NCBI GenBank assembly: GCA_000934665.2
Contig: JYFJ02000011.1
Span: 124,001 to 188,000 of the forward strand
Source of the DNA: Catajapyx aquilonaris
Taxonomy: Eukaryota
Direction: 5' to 3'
Length of the DNA: 64,000 bases
The stretch's first letter is position 1; each line of letters starts with the position of its first letter. Below, one piece after another: positions 52,425-64,000 of the stretch. Position numbers and translations under genes: made by a program. Under the pieces are notes generated by a model. The model did no database searches, was not told where the DNA came from, and saw only the letters and a list, made by a program, of their open reading frames with translations.

Positions 52425-54388
52425 ACCAACACACACAAAAAAAAGAGAAGAGATGCATTGTGTCCCCCTTTCCCTTCTTCTCCTACCTCTCCACACTCTT
52501 ACCATGTGCTCTTCCTCCCTATAACCCCTTGCCCCCATGTTGAAGGCAGGCAGCATTAGCTTTTACTCTCACTCTTTTAAGTGTTACTTTTTACACTTCA
52601 GTTTATTTTAGTTTGATCTAGGCTGGTTTATGGATTCTCACCTTTTACACAATTTTGTATGCAAGTTTATTTTAGAGGAGGCTTTTTTATGTAGGCCTAT
52701 ATGTGCCAGTAACTCTAGTGTTATGAGTATATAATGCGCCAAATTTCATCAGGAATTATTGGGAATATACCTGAGGGACTTGTACTTTTACATTACTTTG
52801 TGATATATTTTATCAGCTTGCTTTTGTTTGTCTTATACGGAAAAAGGTGTCTTCTCTTCCACCTGTAACCTTTTCATTCCACACTTGCAAGTTGTATTTA
52901 TGGGGAATATAGTAATGATGTGAGAAAAAAATAGTGTGTGAACTTGGCTTCCATTTCTGGTATGGATTTTTCTCAACTTTCTAACTTCGTCACTTCTTCC
53001 CTGCACGCTGCCCCACCCCCCCCTGAAACCTCACCAAAAATTTTTTCTGTTGTACCCTTACGGCTCTTTGATTTGCTCAGCTGCTTTTTAAATATACAAA
53101 TAAGTGTCTTTCATGTGAGGCAGGATTGATGTGACTTAAATAATAACAAGATTAGTTTTTATGCAGCCAATATATTTGCAAGTGGCAGGGTCTGCGAAAG
53201 TGTAGTTAATCAGGACACGTGGAATCATGCGGAGATAAGATCAGCTTTATAGTGCAGTAGGCTCATTTTATGCATCTTGTAATCATAGCGTACCTGTATC
53301 GGGTGTATGCGCCAATTTTTTTAGACGACCCCCTCAGAGTGGGCTAGTTGGAATTTTGGGTATTTCACAAACAAAAGAAAGTGTCCTCCTTGGGTTTTAA
53401 TCCCACCCTTCCCTGCCCCTCGTGATGTCACTGATGTGAAATTTTTATCATATGTAAGGTACAGTCTTGGAAAATAGATTGTGTTTACTGTACAAAACCT
53501 AGTGCAGTCATTATTTTAGCAGGTAACTTTGGCATTTTAAAACGTACATCCTTTTCATAATGAATGAGGTTCATCATCCTGGGATAGAGACTGATTTCAG
53601 TTATTCGAGGAGCTTTGAAAAAGCAGTTTTTGTGTCTTGAATGTCAGTGACATGGGATATTGGATTCTGCTGGTTGGAATCATGCACATCATCAATTGCA
53701 ATAAGTTATTGGTATTTGCAAAAGCCTTTAAAAAAAATAATCTTGGCATTCGTATTGATTGGCTGTCATGCATGGATTGTTACAATCCATTTGAAGGCTT
53801 CTCATGTGTAAGGCTACTCTATGCTCAATGTGGCAGTGATGTAGACAAGAGCTCCAAAGGTAATCTGCACCTCGTACGTACATATATTTATAAGTAGCAT
53901 TCAAAGCTGCATGGAGCTCTTGTACTCACTGTTGCATGAAGTTTAGTATAAATTGGCCTTGTCTGATGAAAATTCTCGAGTGACCTGATCCCTTCTCCTC
54001 GAATGAATGCTTAAGGGTTTTTGCAGGAGTGTATTTTATTAGTGTGGGTAGATGGCACATGCTAATATCAATCAGGCTGGCAAGTCAAATATCACCATGT
54101 GCGAAGTGCCATGCACTTCATGCAATTCTTTCTGTTAAATATCTGTGGAAAACTTTTCCAGAATGGCCATTGTTCTCTTGACATTATGAATATGCCCCAG
54201 CTATGCATTTGCCATGTACTAGTTTGCATTGTGCATTGTGAGAGCCAAGAATGCATTTTTCATAATCAGCTATTGACATAAGAGCCTGCTGATGCCTTTA
54301 TAGTTTGCAATTGCAAAGTTGCGATTTAGACCACCTGTGCCAAAATAGAAAGAACTGATAAATTGGACAGACAATAGAGATGTTGCAA

Positions 54389-54494
54389 GTACTATATCGC
54401 CCAAAAAGATAGAGACGATTTTGCATTTGACTCAAGTGCAACTTGCACTTGAATCAAATGCCAATCGTCTCTATCTTTTTGAGCGATATAGTAC
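54389..54494. repeat. Near-perfect 106-bp palindrome (MITE-like foldback)
   Basis: GTACTATATCGC..AAAAAGATAGAGACGATT..CAAGTGCAA c TTGCACTTG..AATCGTCTCTATCTTTTT..GCGATATAGTAC. Confidence 0.85.
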
Positions 54495-57400
54495 ATGCGA
54501 CAGGAGTATTTTTGTGCTTTTATTGTTAGTCACTCAGCAGGGGCCACTATGGTGGAACTAATTATTATTGTGAAAGATTTCAATGAATATTTTTCTGAGT
54601 ATGTTCCAAAGTTGCTCTCTTGGCTGTCAAAATGCAAAGTCAGTGATTTATCGACCTTACATGGATTCGCCTCTTACATGAAAATAATGCATCTTGACAG
54701 TTTTTTGGAAGTGCAGCAAAACTTGGATAACTAAGAGCTGTAAGTACTGAATCTATTTCCTAGTTGCAAGAATTATCTTTATTCACTACTGCTTTACTTG
54801 AGTAGTTAACCTCTCAACATCTATTGATGTGGACACGACCATGGTTTCTATTGAAATTGGTTTACAAATGTTTGGCATAGATTTTGTGAGGTCCTGTTTC
54901 CTATTTGGAGTCGTATGGCTTATGGCTGGTTGCCCCATTAATTGTTAATAATAATTAGTAAATAAATATTAGCTAACTATTACCTGCTGCATCTCTATTT
55001 GATAGTATGGAACAATGAGTTTTTCCGTGCGGCAGAAAATAATTTGAGATATTTAAATTCCCAAATCCAGTCCAGTGCAGCTGACCTATAGCCATAATAT
55101 TAAATGCATAGCTTAAATATGCCAGATTGTTTATCTGCAAGCATTCCCTGAAACCAATGATCATTTCTATGTTGTCATGCTTCAGGTGCGACATAGCAAG
55201 CAGGTGCACTGGTTGGGGCCGCAATGCACAAGCTGACCTCCCGGACGGCCTGTCGTGAGCACCTGGACACATGCAGGCCAGACATTTGGGACAGAGCCAG
55301 CCTACCTGGAGTGGGAAGGAAGTGAGACATTCTCCCACACCACATTTAGTTTTGTTTTTCGTGTATATTTGTTGATCTGGTTCTTGACAGGGTGAGTGGG
55401 CCACTGTACGAAACCTCCGTGGGCAAGGAGCTTATCACAAGTGTTTTTTAAATAAAGTAATTTTACCGGTGACAAATGTGACACCCATTTCTGGATAGGA
55501 AAGGATGCCCGTGGCTGAGGTTTTTGATTTTTCAAGACTGATTTACAGTTACAATAGCATGATATTATTATGGAGAATTTTTAAGTACTGCGTTGTTCAA
55601 TAAGTTAACGTGTGTTGTTACAGGAGACAAAATTATTCATCCATTAAGTGGCCAATGCATGGAGAACATTTTGTTTTTAAAACCTTGTAGGTTAATAGCA
55701 GTTTCAATGGTTGTGTGAAGTGTGGCCCACAGTGTGGCACTACCTCCAATTTAAAAAAATAACAAATATCACATTTTGTAGAGAAATCCATGTTTTAGCT
55801 GTTCCCACAAAATCGCTAGTGTTGACAAAAACACTAGCAACATTTCTCATATCTTCAGAAATATCTTGCTCCTTGAAAGTGATATTTTGTGAGAAGATTC
55901 CATTGATTTTAAGAGCCCATTAAACTTAGCAATAAGTTTTAAGTGGAAAATTGCTTCTCCCATCATACAAGGTTTTAAAATCCGACAAAAGTGCATGGTG
56001 TTGGCAGAGTACAGGTGTACTGCTCATTTACAATGTACAGTACTGAGAACATAATTATGGCCAAGAATGAACATGCTCACTTCGCAATCAATCTGTAAAC
56101 CTTTTGATAAGCTTAAAAAATATACATTATCATCAGGTGTATCCAGAGTATGACGGCTGTACATTAAATTAAGTCATGCTCTGAATCACATCATTTGGGT
56201 AAGTCAGGTGACACGCAAGTCCAACTTTGTTGATGCGGATGTGTTGATAACTTATACATGTGTCTATACATCATCAGTTCAATGGTTGCATGAAGAAGAA
56301 GAAAAAAAATCAGAAACCTTAACCTGGGGGGCATTATTGTGGCCGTAATGTATTTCTATTTGATACCTTTCAGCCCCAAGGGTAATAACAATGTGCAGAA
56401 TCCATTTTTAGGAAGGAAAACTCCATGCAGGCAATAATGTCGGCTTGGATTAGTGTCAGCTTGTGTTGTGTATTAGAGGGAAAGGAGTTCTAGGGCCACC
56501 TGCGCAGACCACCTTCTCGCCATTACTCGCTGTGATATTGAGCTTGGGGCGGAGTGGATGCAGACAGTTTGGGATAATAAACATCCAGGCTACGGAATAT
56601 ATGTGTGAAATTCATCTGTTCTGCCGATATTGTGCAACAGGGTCAATAGGAAGAGGGTTGGTGAGGGTGGTCTGTTCGTACTTGTGGAATGTTGGTCTAC
56701 CAGCAATTTTTTTTAATTGTGCAGTATACAGCTTTCTGCAGTTTCCCAGAGAACATAAAAAATGTTGCTCATCCAGTTATATAAATGTCCCTTTTCCAGT
56801 TTTCTTTTTATTTTTTATTGCTATTTTTAATCTAGGCGTCTGCTGTGAAGATAATTATGCTCTTTGGTCAATAAATTTTTTGTATTCACCTGTACTTTCT
56901 ATTATTGAAACGAGTACTAGTATAGCACATTTTCAGTTCCATTGCATCTGGCATGCAATTGGTTGTATGACACTGCAATTGTAACTTGTGCAAGAGTCAG
57001 GTAAATGCTGTTTGTAGGAAGAGAGAGAGGAAGGTATGATTAGTTGGTCGTCTGGAGAACTCGGGACAAAACGTTCCCCAAGTTGTAGCTTCTCTTGCTC
57101 CTGCAGGTTATGCCACATGTGATACGAGGGTGAGTTTCCATGACTGGTCAGGATGAAGGCATTCACTTGCTAGTTCCTTAAATTATTAAAATGGCATGTG
57201 TAATACACTCAATTTGGATCGAAGTAAAGCACGAATAATTTAAGTCGCATTCAGTACAAGAAGCAGGTTTTAGGTGTGTACATTCGAGTTTTCAAGCAAC
57301 ACAGATGATGCCATGTGCAGTACTTTCCATTCAACATGCAGTGATTGTTGAAGGAAAACACCATTGATTAGCACCTTGGAAACGACATGTGACCATTATT

Positions 57401-57533
57401 TACCTTACGTTTGGCAAATTACGACTAATTTTTTACTTTTGCAAAAACTTCATGGCATTGACGTCTTCTGCTCATCTGATATTCTCGCATAAAAATTTTA
57501 GTGAAGAAATATTACGTCCAACACCAGCAGGCC

Positions 57534-60500
57534 ATGGAGGTCAGTTGTACTGTGCGCTAATATTCAGTAATATGCAGCGTGTTCTGACATTGGTTTCATT
57601 TCGTTATTTTGCTCTGCTTGCTAACCAGTTAGTCGATTTGTTGCTCTTCCAAATATTTGCTTGCGGGCAGGGATACAATGTGCCAAAATATTGCTAAAGT
57701 CGCTATCTGAAACTTACACTTGAGCTACACATAATTCGCACATACTTTTTTTTGTATATACCAAGGAAAGCGTGTCTGGTTGCGTCAGTGGCACGGATGA
57801 AAACACTTCTTCGGAAGACGCAGCCGTTTGGGACCCGGTTGCCTCCACAAATAGCAACTACAATCAGGAGGAGGAGGAGAACTGTTTCACTGAAGTACAA
57901 TCATTCAACTCTCTTCTCGATGATGCTGATGTGGAGAAATTGTCCTCTTCGACTTTGGAATCAAGACATCGTGGAAAGGTGAATTCATTCGATGCATTCA
58001 TTGAACAGGCCTCAAAGGGGTGCTTATAACATCCATTGACATTTCAGGGTAAACATCGGGTGAAGAAAGAGAAGGATAAAGATGTGCTCTTACGAGAACA
58101 TGGCAAGACGCTCGTGAACAGCGTTCATATGCTTGAGAGACTAGTCGAGCAGCACTGCAAGGAAGAAGTAATGGCAATGAGAAATATGAGGTTTATACAT
58201 AGGCTTGTAGTTTTAAGTAAACTGCATACAGTCACTGGAATACACGTTAACGAATGGGTGAATAGTTAAGTTTGCTTTACGAATTGTCCCATATCAATAT
58301 TGATGACTGTTAGATTCATACTGATGCAATGTTCACAATATTCAATGCTTGTGACTGTAGCCTTGCAATATTATGGGAAGAAAATTGGAATGTTGTGTAG
58401 TTAACTGTTTTAAAATGATGCTTGCTCCAGTGATTGTGCTATATCATGCACGCAGGAAAATCTGAGGCAGAAGCACGAGGATGCGATAGCTAGACTTCAC
58501 ACGGATTACTGGAACAATATTGCTTACCTGCAAGGTGAACTTAGCAGATGCCATTGCAATCGAGGCCAAACAAAGCTCATGTCAGAGTCTTCACGTATGT
58601 TTTAATTTAAGAAACACTTTCATCCCCCAATTTAAGCTGATTGGGTGTAGTGAATTTGACCTGAGCATAATCCGATTCCCCAACAGATTCACTCGACGGC
58701 ATTGAATATGAACTTCAGCGACAGTTGGAGCTCGGAATTAAGATGGACTCCACAATGATCGAATACATCGATCAGAAAGAAATCAGCTCACTGCCATCTA
58801 ACGTCACAGTGGGCACTCTCACTCAGCCGGACTGTCTGGGTCTTCCAGTGGGTACTATGTTGAACTCTCAGAAACACTGGCCTTCAATGCTGCCCTACGA
58901 CGCACAGTCAGCAGACAATTTCCAGTCAAATGCGCAAGTCCTTCCGAAAGATTCCTCGACATCCCTGCACAATACCAGAGAACAAGCCGTACCAGCTAAT
59001 CTGACAGCTCCCCCGGACAACGTCAGCAGCGTCGAGAAACCGGTGAAGAAGAAGAAGAAATTGGACGTGACCGCCACGAGACAAAAGAAAACGAGCAAGA
59101 AGACCAAGGAGGCCAAGAGGAAGAGGAATGTGCCTCTGGAGATGTTGAAAGCCGCTTCCGAGAAGCCACTGAGCGAGCCCAAGTGTCCCATTGACAAGTA
59201 CGACACCAACATGAAGCTGTGTATCGCCTTGGGAGTTATCGAGTACTGTCATTGTCTTACAGCTCAGTTAATTAAATCAGGAAATCAAACTGCATCATTG
59301 CTACATGTATACCTTTTTTCAGGCAGTGCATGGCGGTTCTGAGGGAAGACCTTCATTCTGAACCGACAGGCGAAGGTAGTATTAATCTGGGCATGAACGA
59401 ATCGACGTTAAACATCGTGAAGGACCAGGTTTCCCAACTTTTAATGACACTGCACAAATTCGGGCAGAAGCTGGACCTGAGGGAGTACAAGAAGTACTCG
59501 GACGATTCGCTGAACCAACTGGTGGAAATACTGAGGCAGGTCAACAAGGACCTGGGCACGAATTATAGGTCTAGGGAGGTCACTATTGAGGAGGAGAACG
59601 AGGTACTGAAGGCGAGGAACGCCACCCTGTCCAACGTCGCCAAGCAAGAGACCGTTTCCATGGCGGAGATGTACGGGGCAGTGGGCAAAACGCGTCAGGA
59701 AAACGAGGATTTGAAGGCAAAGGTGATGGATGATGTGTTTTTAAATTTGAGCCCCAACAGTGTCGGACACTTCCTCATGTATTGTTGCAGGTGTCAATGG
59801 AGCAAGAAAAGTGCAAAACATTCGAGAGGGAGAATAAATACCTGAAGATAAAACTGCGTGCCCTTGAATACTCGAAAGGGGAAACAGGTCAACATAAGGT
59901 AAGTGAAATGCAAATCCTGGCACATACAACTGTCAGCACTCTATCAATTTTTAAATGGTTAAAAACAAAGAAATTGTGGGCTGGTTGTACAAGTACAAAG
60001 CCAACTTGGCCTGAACTTTATTTTTACACGTCGCAAATATGACTCATACCATATATTGTACCTGAAGGATTCCCCTAGGCCTTCGGAGAATTTTCCCTCA
60101 AAGGAGGTGGATCATTTCGTCAGTACTACGAACATTATGCCGATTCTGAGGAGAATACAGGTAAGCGTAGGGCCACTCTATCGAAGCAAGATTCAGAGCT
60201 AAAGAGACCTGCATCTTTGTTTTCAGTCCGTAAACGAAGTGCTGAAGCAGAACATCAGATCCAACAACTACACACTGAAAGTAATATTGGATCTGGTGGA
60301 GGACCGCACGAGACTTCGATCCAAATTAACCAGGCTGAACCAGTGCTTTGATAAACCCGTTTCGAACATTTCCCTGGATAGTCCTTCCAGCACGAGCGTG
60401 GTCTGGTCCGGGACAGGCGACGGCTTGTCCGTTCCCCAGTCGTCTTGTAATAGTTGCATGTCACTTCTCCAGGATAACACAACCGACACAAAAGGACTTT

Positions 60501-61486
60501 TAGTCAGCTCTAGTGCTGTAAGTATATCTTGGAGTGTATACGGTGCATGTGTATCTCTACTGTGGAATTGTCATGTTTGCAGATCCAGTTCCTGTACAAG
60601 AAATGCCACCAACGTGAGATGTTCCGTCGCAACCTGGTGCGGCAGAAGAAGTACCTGCTGTGCCTCCTGAATGATTTCCAGGATACGCAGCGCGACACCC
60701 TGAAGCACATGGCCCGATTGTTGGGTCGGAACTCCTGCCAGATCCTGAAGATACCGAAGAAAAGGGTGAGCTTCAGGTCGGTCGTGCTCGTGGTTATTGC
60801 AGTGGGCAGGTTCCAGCGACAGCACAAGAGATGGAGGCTTAGCCGCAGCATACGCAGCACTACTTTAGAACAATTGTGTACATCCTCGCAGGGCATACCC
60901 GCGCATGTTCCAGAGGCATTTCTTGCAGGTTGGTAATAGCTTTGGGAAATGCAATTTGATTCAAACCTAATCGAAATAAATTACAAAAAAATTATTAGTA
61001 TATTTACACAATCATAGCTCATAATTTTCCGTTAAAATCGAGGTGCATGGTTTGTTTGTTACAATAATTCTGACTTCTAATGTGTGCATTCTCTTATTGC
61101 TGCTGATGTACTGCAGGCATAGTGACGTCCATTTTGAGCACTCATACTGACTTACCGAATCTCTGGAAGGAGCTCAGGACGAACGACACTTCTGCGCAGC
61201 TTCCAGGACGCAATGAGAGTCCAAAAAGGTACTTAGATGCACTTTTAATATGGATATGATGTGCTTGTATAAAGGGTTCCTTGCAAGTTCCTTGCCTATC
61301 CAATCTGCCATAGTTATGGAGGGTAACTCAACAACACATTGATGCTGTGACCTATGAGTCGGGGGTTACTCAGAAGCTTTCATAAATCTTCATAATTTCA
61401 TAATTCTGGAATTTCGAACTCTTTATTGCAGAACAACAAATAATAAACGTAAGAAGGCAACTGGAAAACCCAGGTGGAGATGCTAA
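57534..61486 (+). CDS. Coiled-coil protein with C-terminal PACT (pericentrin/AKAP450) domain
   Basis: The exon at ~60583-60928 encodes LYKKCHQREMFRRNLVRQKKYLLCLLNDFQ...SFRSVVLVVIAVGRFQRQHKRW, matching the two PACT blocks. Upstream exons are coiled-coil. Probable start GCCATGGAG|gt at 57534; stop ~61484-61486. The ends of the model are less certain. Confidence 0.75.
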
Positions 61487-64000
61487 CGGTAAGAATGCAT
61501 TTGAAAAAAAAAGTAACGTCGTAAATGATAAAAAGGCAGCATGACAGAGTTCTTTTTGTTTCCACAGGTGATTTGCGTAATCGGATTGTAAAGAGGGCTA
61601 ACTCCGATTCAAACTGTACCGGTATCGTGTATTTTTAAGAATAATGAAGCAAGGTAGCGAAAATAGGTCTGCAGACACACGCTGCAGACAAAAATAAAAT
61701 CAATCATCTCTAAGGCTAGGAGAGGGGATGGAAGCAAGACGCCTCTCGTTTGGACCTCTCATTTGGACTAATAAAGTACAAATCAGGTGTATTTTATTTG
61801 TCGGTGTGTCTGTGTATAATTATGGCATGAGATGCCAGTCGAATGAGAGAAAAATTACTCTCTAAAATCTCGTCGATTTTTATTATATACATCTGAAAGG
61901 TTCAATTGTCAACGACAATGGATGGGTCACACACCGAAAGGTCACTCACATTGAGGGAAATATTCAGGGGCATAAAAGGTGAAATGTGTAAAAAATGTAC
62001 TTTTCAAGCAGGATAAAAATTAACTACTAGAGGTATTTACCTTATTGCATAGTTAAGATGTAATCCAGCATCAGGCACAGGAGTAGGCTGAAAGACAAGG
62101 AAGAATTCTGCGAGATACTTTTTTTCGTAGATTAGAACCATGAGATTATTGAGGAACGCTGTGAACTTGGCAGGCTTCCACTGAAATAACTATGGTAAAA
62201 AAAAAAAGTGCCTGACTTTCATGAAATGAGATTGGGCGTGATTTGAAACTTTTATTTTATTTCACAACCATTTATGTGATTTGCAACAATAAGGACGTAA
62301 CAATTAAAATACAGAAATAGCTGCTAAAATACTGACAAAAGGTTCATGTATTTCGAAGAGCAAGCTGACATGCAAACAAAAGGAGTAAAATATGTATCAC
62401 TTAATGTGTAACAAACATTGTCATGTCATTACAACTCCGGGTAACGATTAGTAGTAATAGGTCACAACGACCTTTTTTGTTACTTCAGCACGACATAATA
62501 TTTGCATCTATTTTTTTTTTTACAAATAATTAATATAACATACAATGTTCTTAATACGGCGAAGAACAAACACGTCTGAGGCATACGCAACAAGTACAAA
62601 TAATATGGCTTCTCTGCAGAAAAATACTCTCTCATCACATTCGTCATACATTAGTAATCACAACAATTTTTTTCCAGATGGTTTCACTGGTCAGCTTGAT
62701 GTGAGCTCATCAAATCGGGAGGCATTTACAAGAATATTTCCTATGGAAGAAACTCCAGTCTTGTGAGGATTTTAAGAAGTGATAGGCTCACTCTATAATA
62801 CTTTACGACACAGTCACTGTCATTCTCCAAGTAACTTTTCCTAATACGTGGCACAGTAGCAGCTTCTTGTGAATTGTATGATCGCGTTTCACTTTGCTTA
62901 AAACTGTAACTATACTGGTATAACAGATTTAATCAAAGAGTCTTCCGAAAAGGCATCAAATACACATAGGACATGCCAAATGCAGTGTTGCGAGGGTTAT
63001 TTCCTCATTTTACACATCGAAATACGCAAATAATTTCACCAGAAGTGCAGCACAGTCTAGTACTTTATAGTAAGTGAATTACTTAAAGTTAAATACTCAG
63101 TCTGCATAAATCCCTAAAGCTGATTGGACGGCATGTTATGGTACGAGCTTTGAGATCAGATTTTGTAACCAATTTTATAACTATTGGGTGAGGGAACATG
63201 CCGGAACATGCACAGTAATCCAATATATTAATATTCCCAGGTGTAAGGTAGGCCTATCCAAAGTTCAAGTACTAGTACTGTAATTATAATCGTTAAAAAT
63301 ATTGGTAACTGCTGATTAACCCCTGCAGTTACAAAGCACCGGGTTGCTGGTTTTAGTTAATTAGGAATATCAAAATACTGAGAGTTTTACTGTCAGCCCT
63401 TTGCCGTTGTACTAGCTGTCAATAAGAAGGTTTGGCCAGACATATACTGACTCTACACGACCATTAGCACTCTACTACTAAACAACTATGAGAAAAAAAT
63501 AACACTAGAGTGCTGATGGTTGCCTAGCCTCAGGATACATGCGCCAAAACTCATTTTGACACGTATAGTAACTTACATTTGGCAAGCATTAATGCGTTAT
63601 TCCGTAAACCTACTGTTGCTATTAGGATAACAAATAGAGCACATGTTACGCAGAATGATAGCAAATACGCCCATTATGTCATCTACCTTACATAGCTGGA
63701 CATGGTAAGCATCACAATATGCAGTACTGTACAAAACAGCTACTCACAGTCAGTGGATGGAGGCTACACCAATATTTATGAATCAAACAGTGAATAGCGT
63801 TTTTCTTCCACCTCTGTACTGTACATGTTGACTGGTACTAAAGGGGAATGTCATATTTTGACCACGGTTAATAAAGGTGGCGACGGGGAACGAAAATCTG
63901 GTGAATGATGACATCTAATGTCATGTTGACTAAATAAGGACTAATGTCAAAGAAAAAGGTTTTGCCAGACATAACTACTTGGTAGTTGGTGCTGTCAATC

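Noticed and set aside
62545..63010. Possible terminal exons of a - strand gene entering from beyond the window
   Set aside because: Short open frames exist but have no recognisable homology or consistent splice model.

Overview
Gene-dense eukaryotic genomic DNA with short GT-AG introns. It is most likely a non-dipteran arthropod: the PCBP gene is mub-like, and MSH3 and CFAP221 are retained. Nine spliced protein-coding genes can be supported. In order they are the 3' end of one SLC28/CNT nucleoside transporter, a second complete tandem SLC28, CFAP221/PCDP1-like (-), SEC22A/C-like (+), a matrin/U1-type zinc-finger Pro/Gly-rich gene (-), MSH3 (+), a 121-aa secreted Cys-rich gene that the ORF track does not assemble (-), PCBP/mub (+) and a PACT-domain coiled-coil gene (+). 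Six of them form three head-to-head pairs. Introns hold MITEs (Harbinger-, Tc1/pogo- and hAT-like), three tRNA-headed SINEs sharing a 3' tail, a probable solo LTR, and a decayed RTE LINE nested inside a hAT MITE. The most striking unexplained element is a ~400-nt GC-rich, highly self-complementary, + strand segment at ~2558-2960. It sits directly behind a CCAAT/CRE-like/TATA promoter between the two SLC28 genes and looks like an independently transcribed structured ncRNA that I cannot assign to a known family. All calls were made by eye with no database searches or folding software, so exon boundaries are manual estimates.
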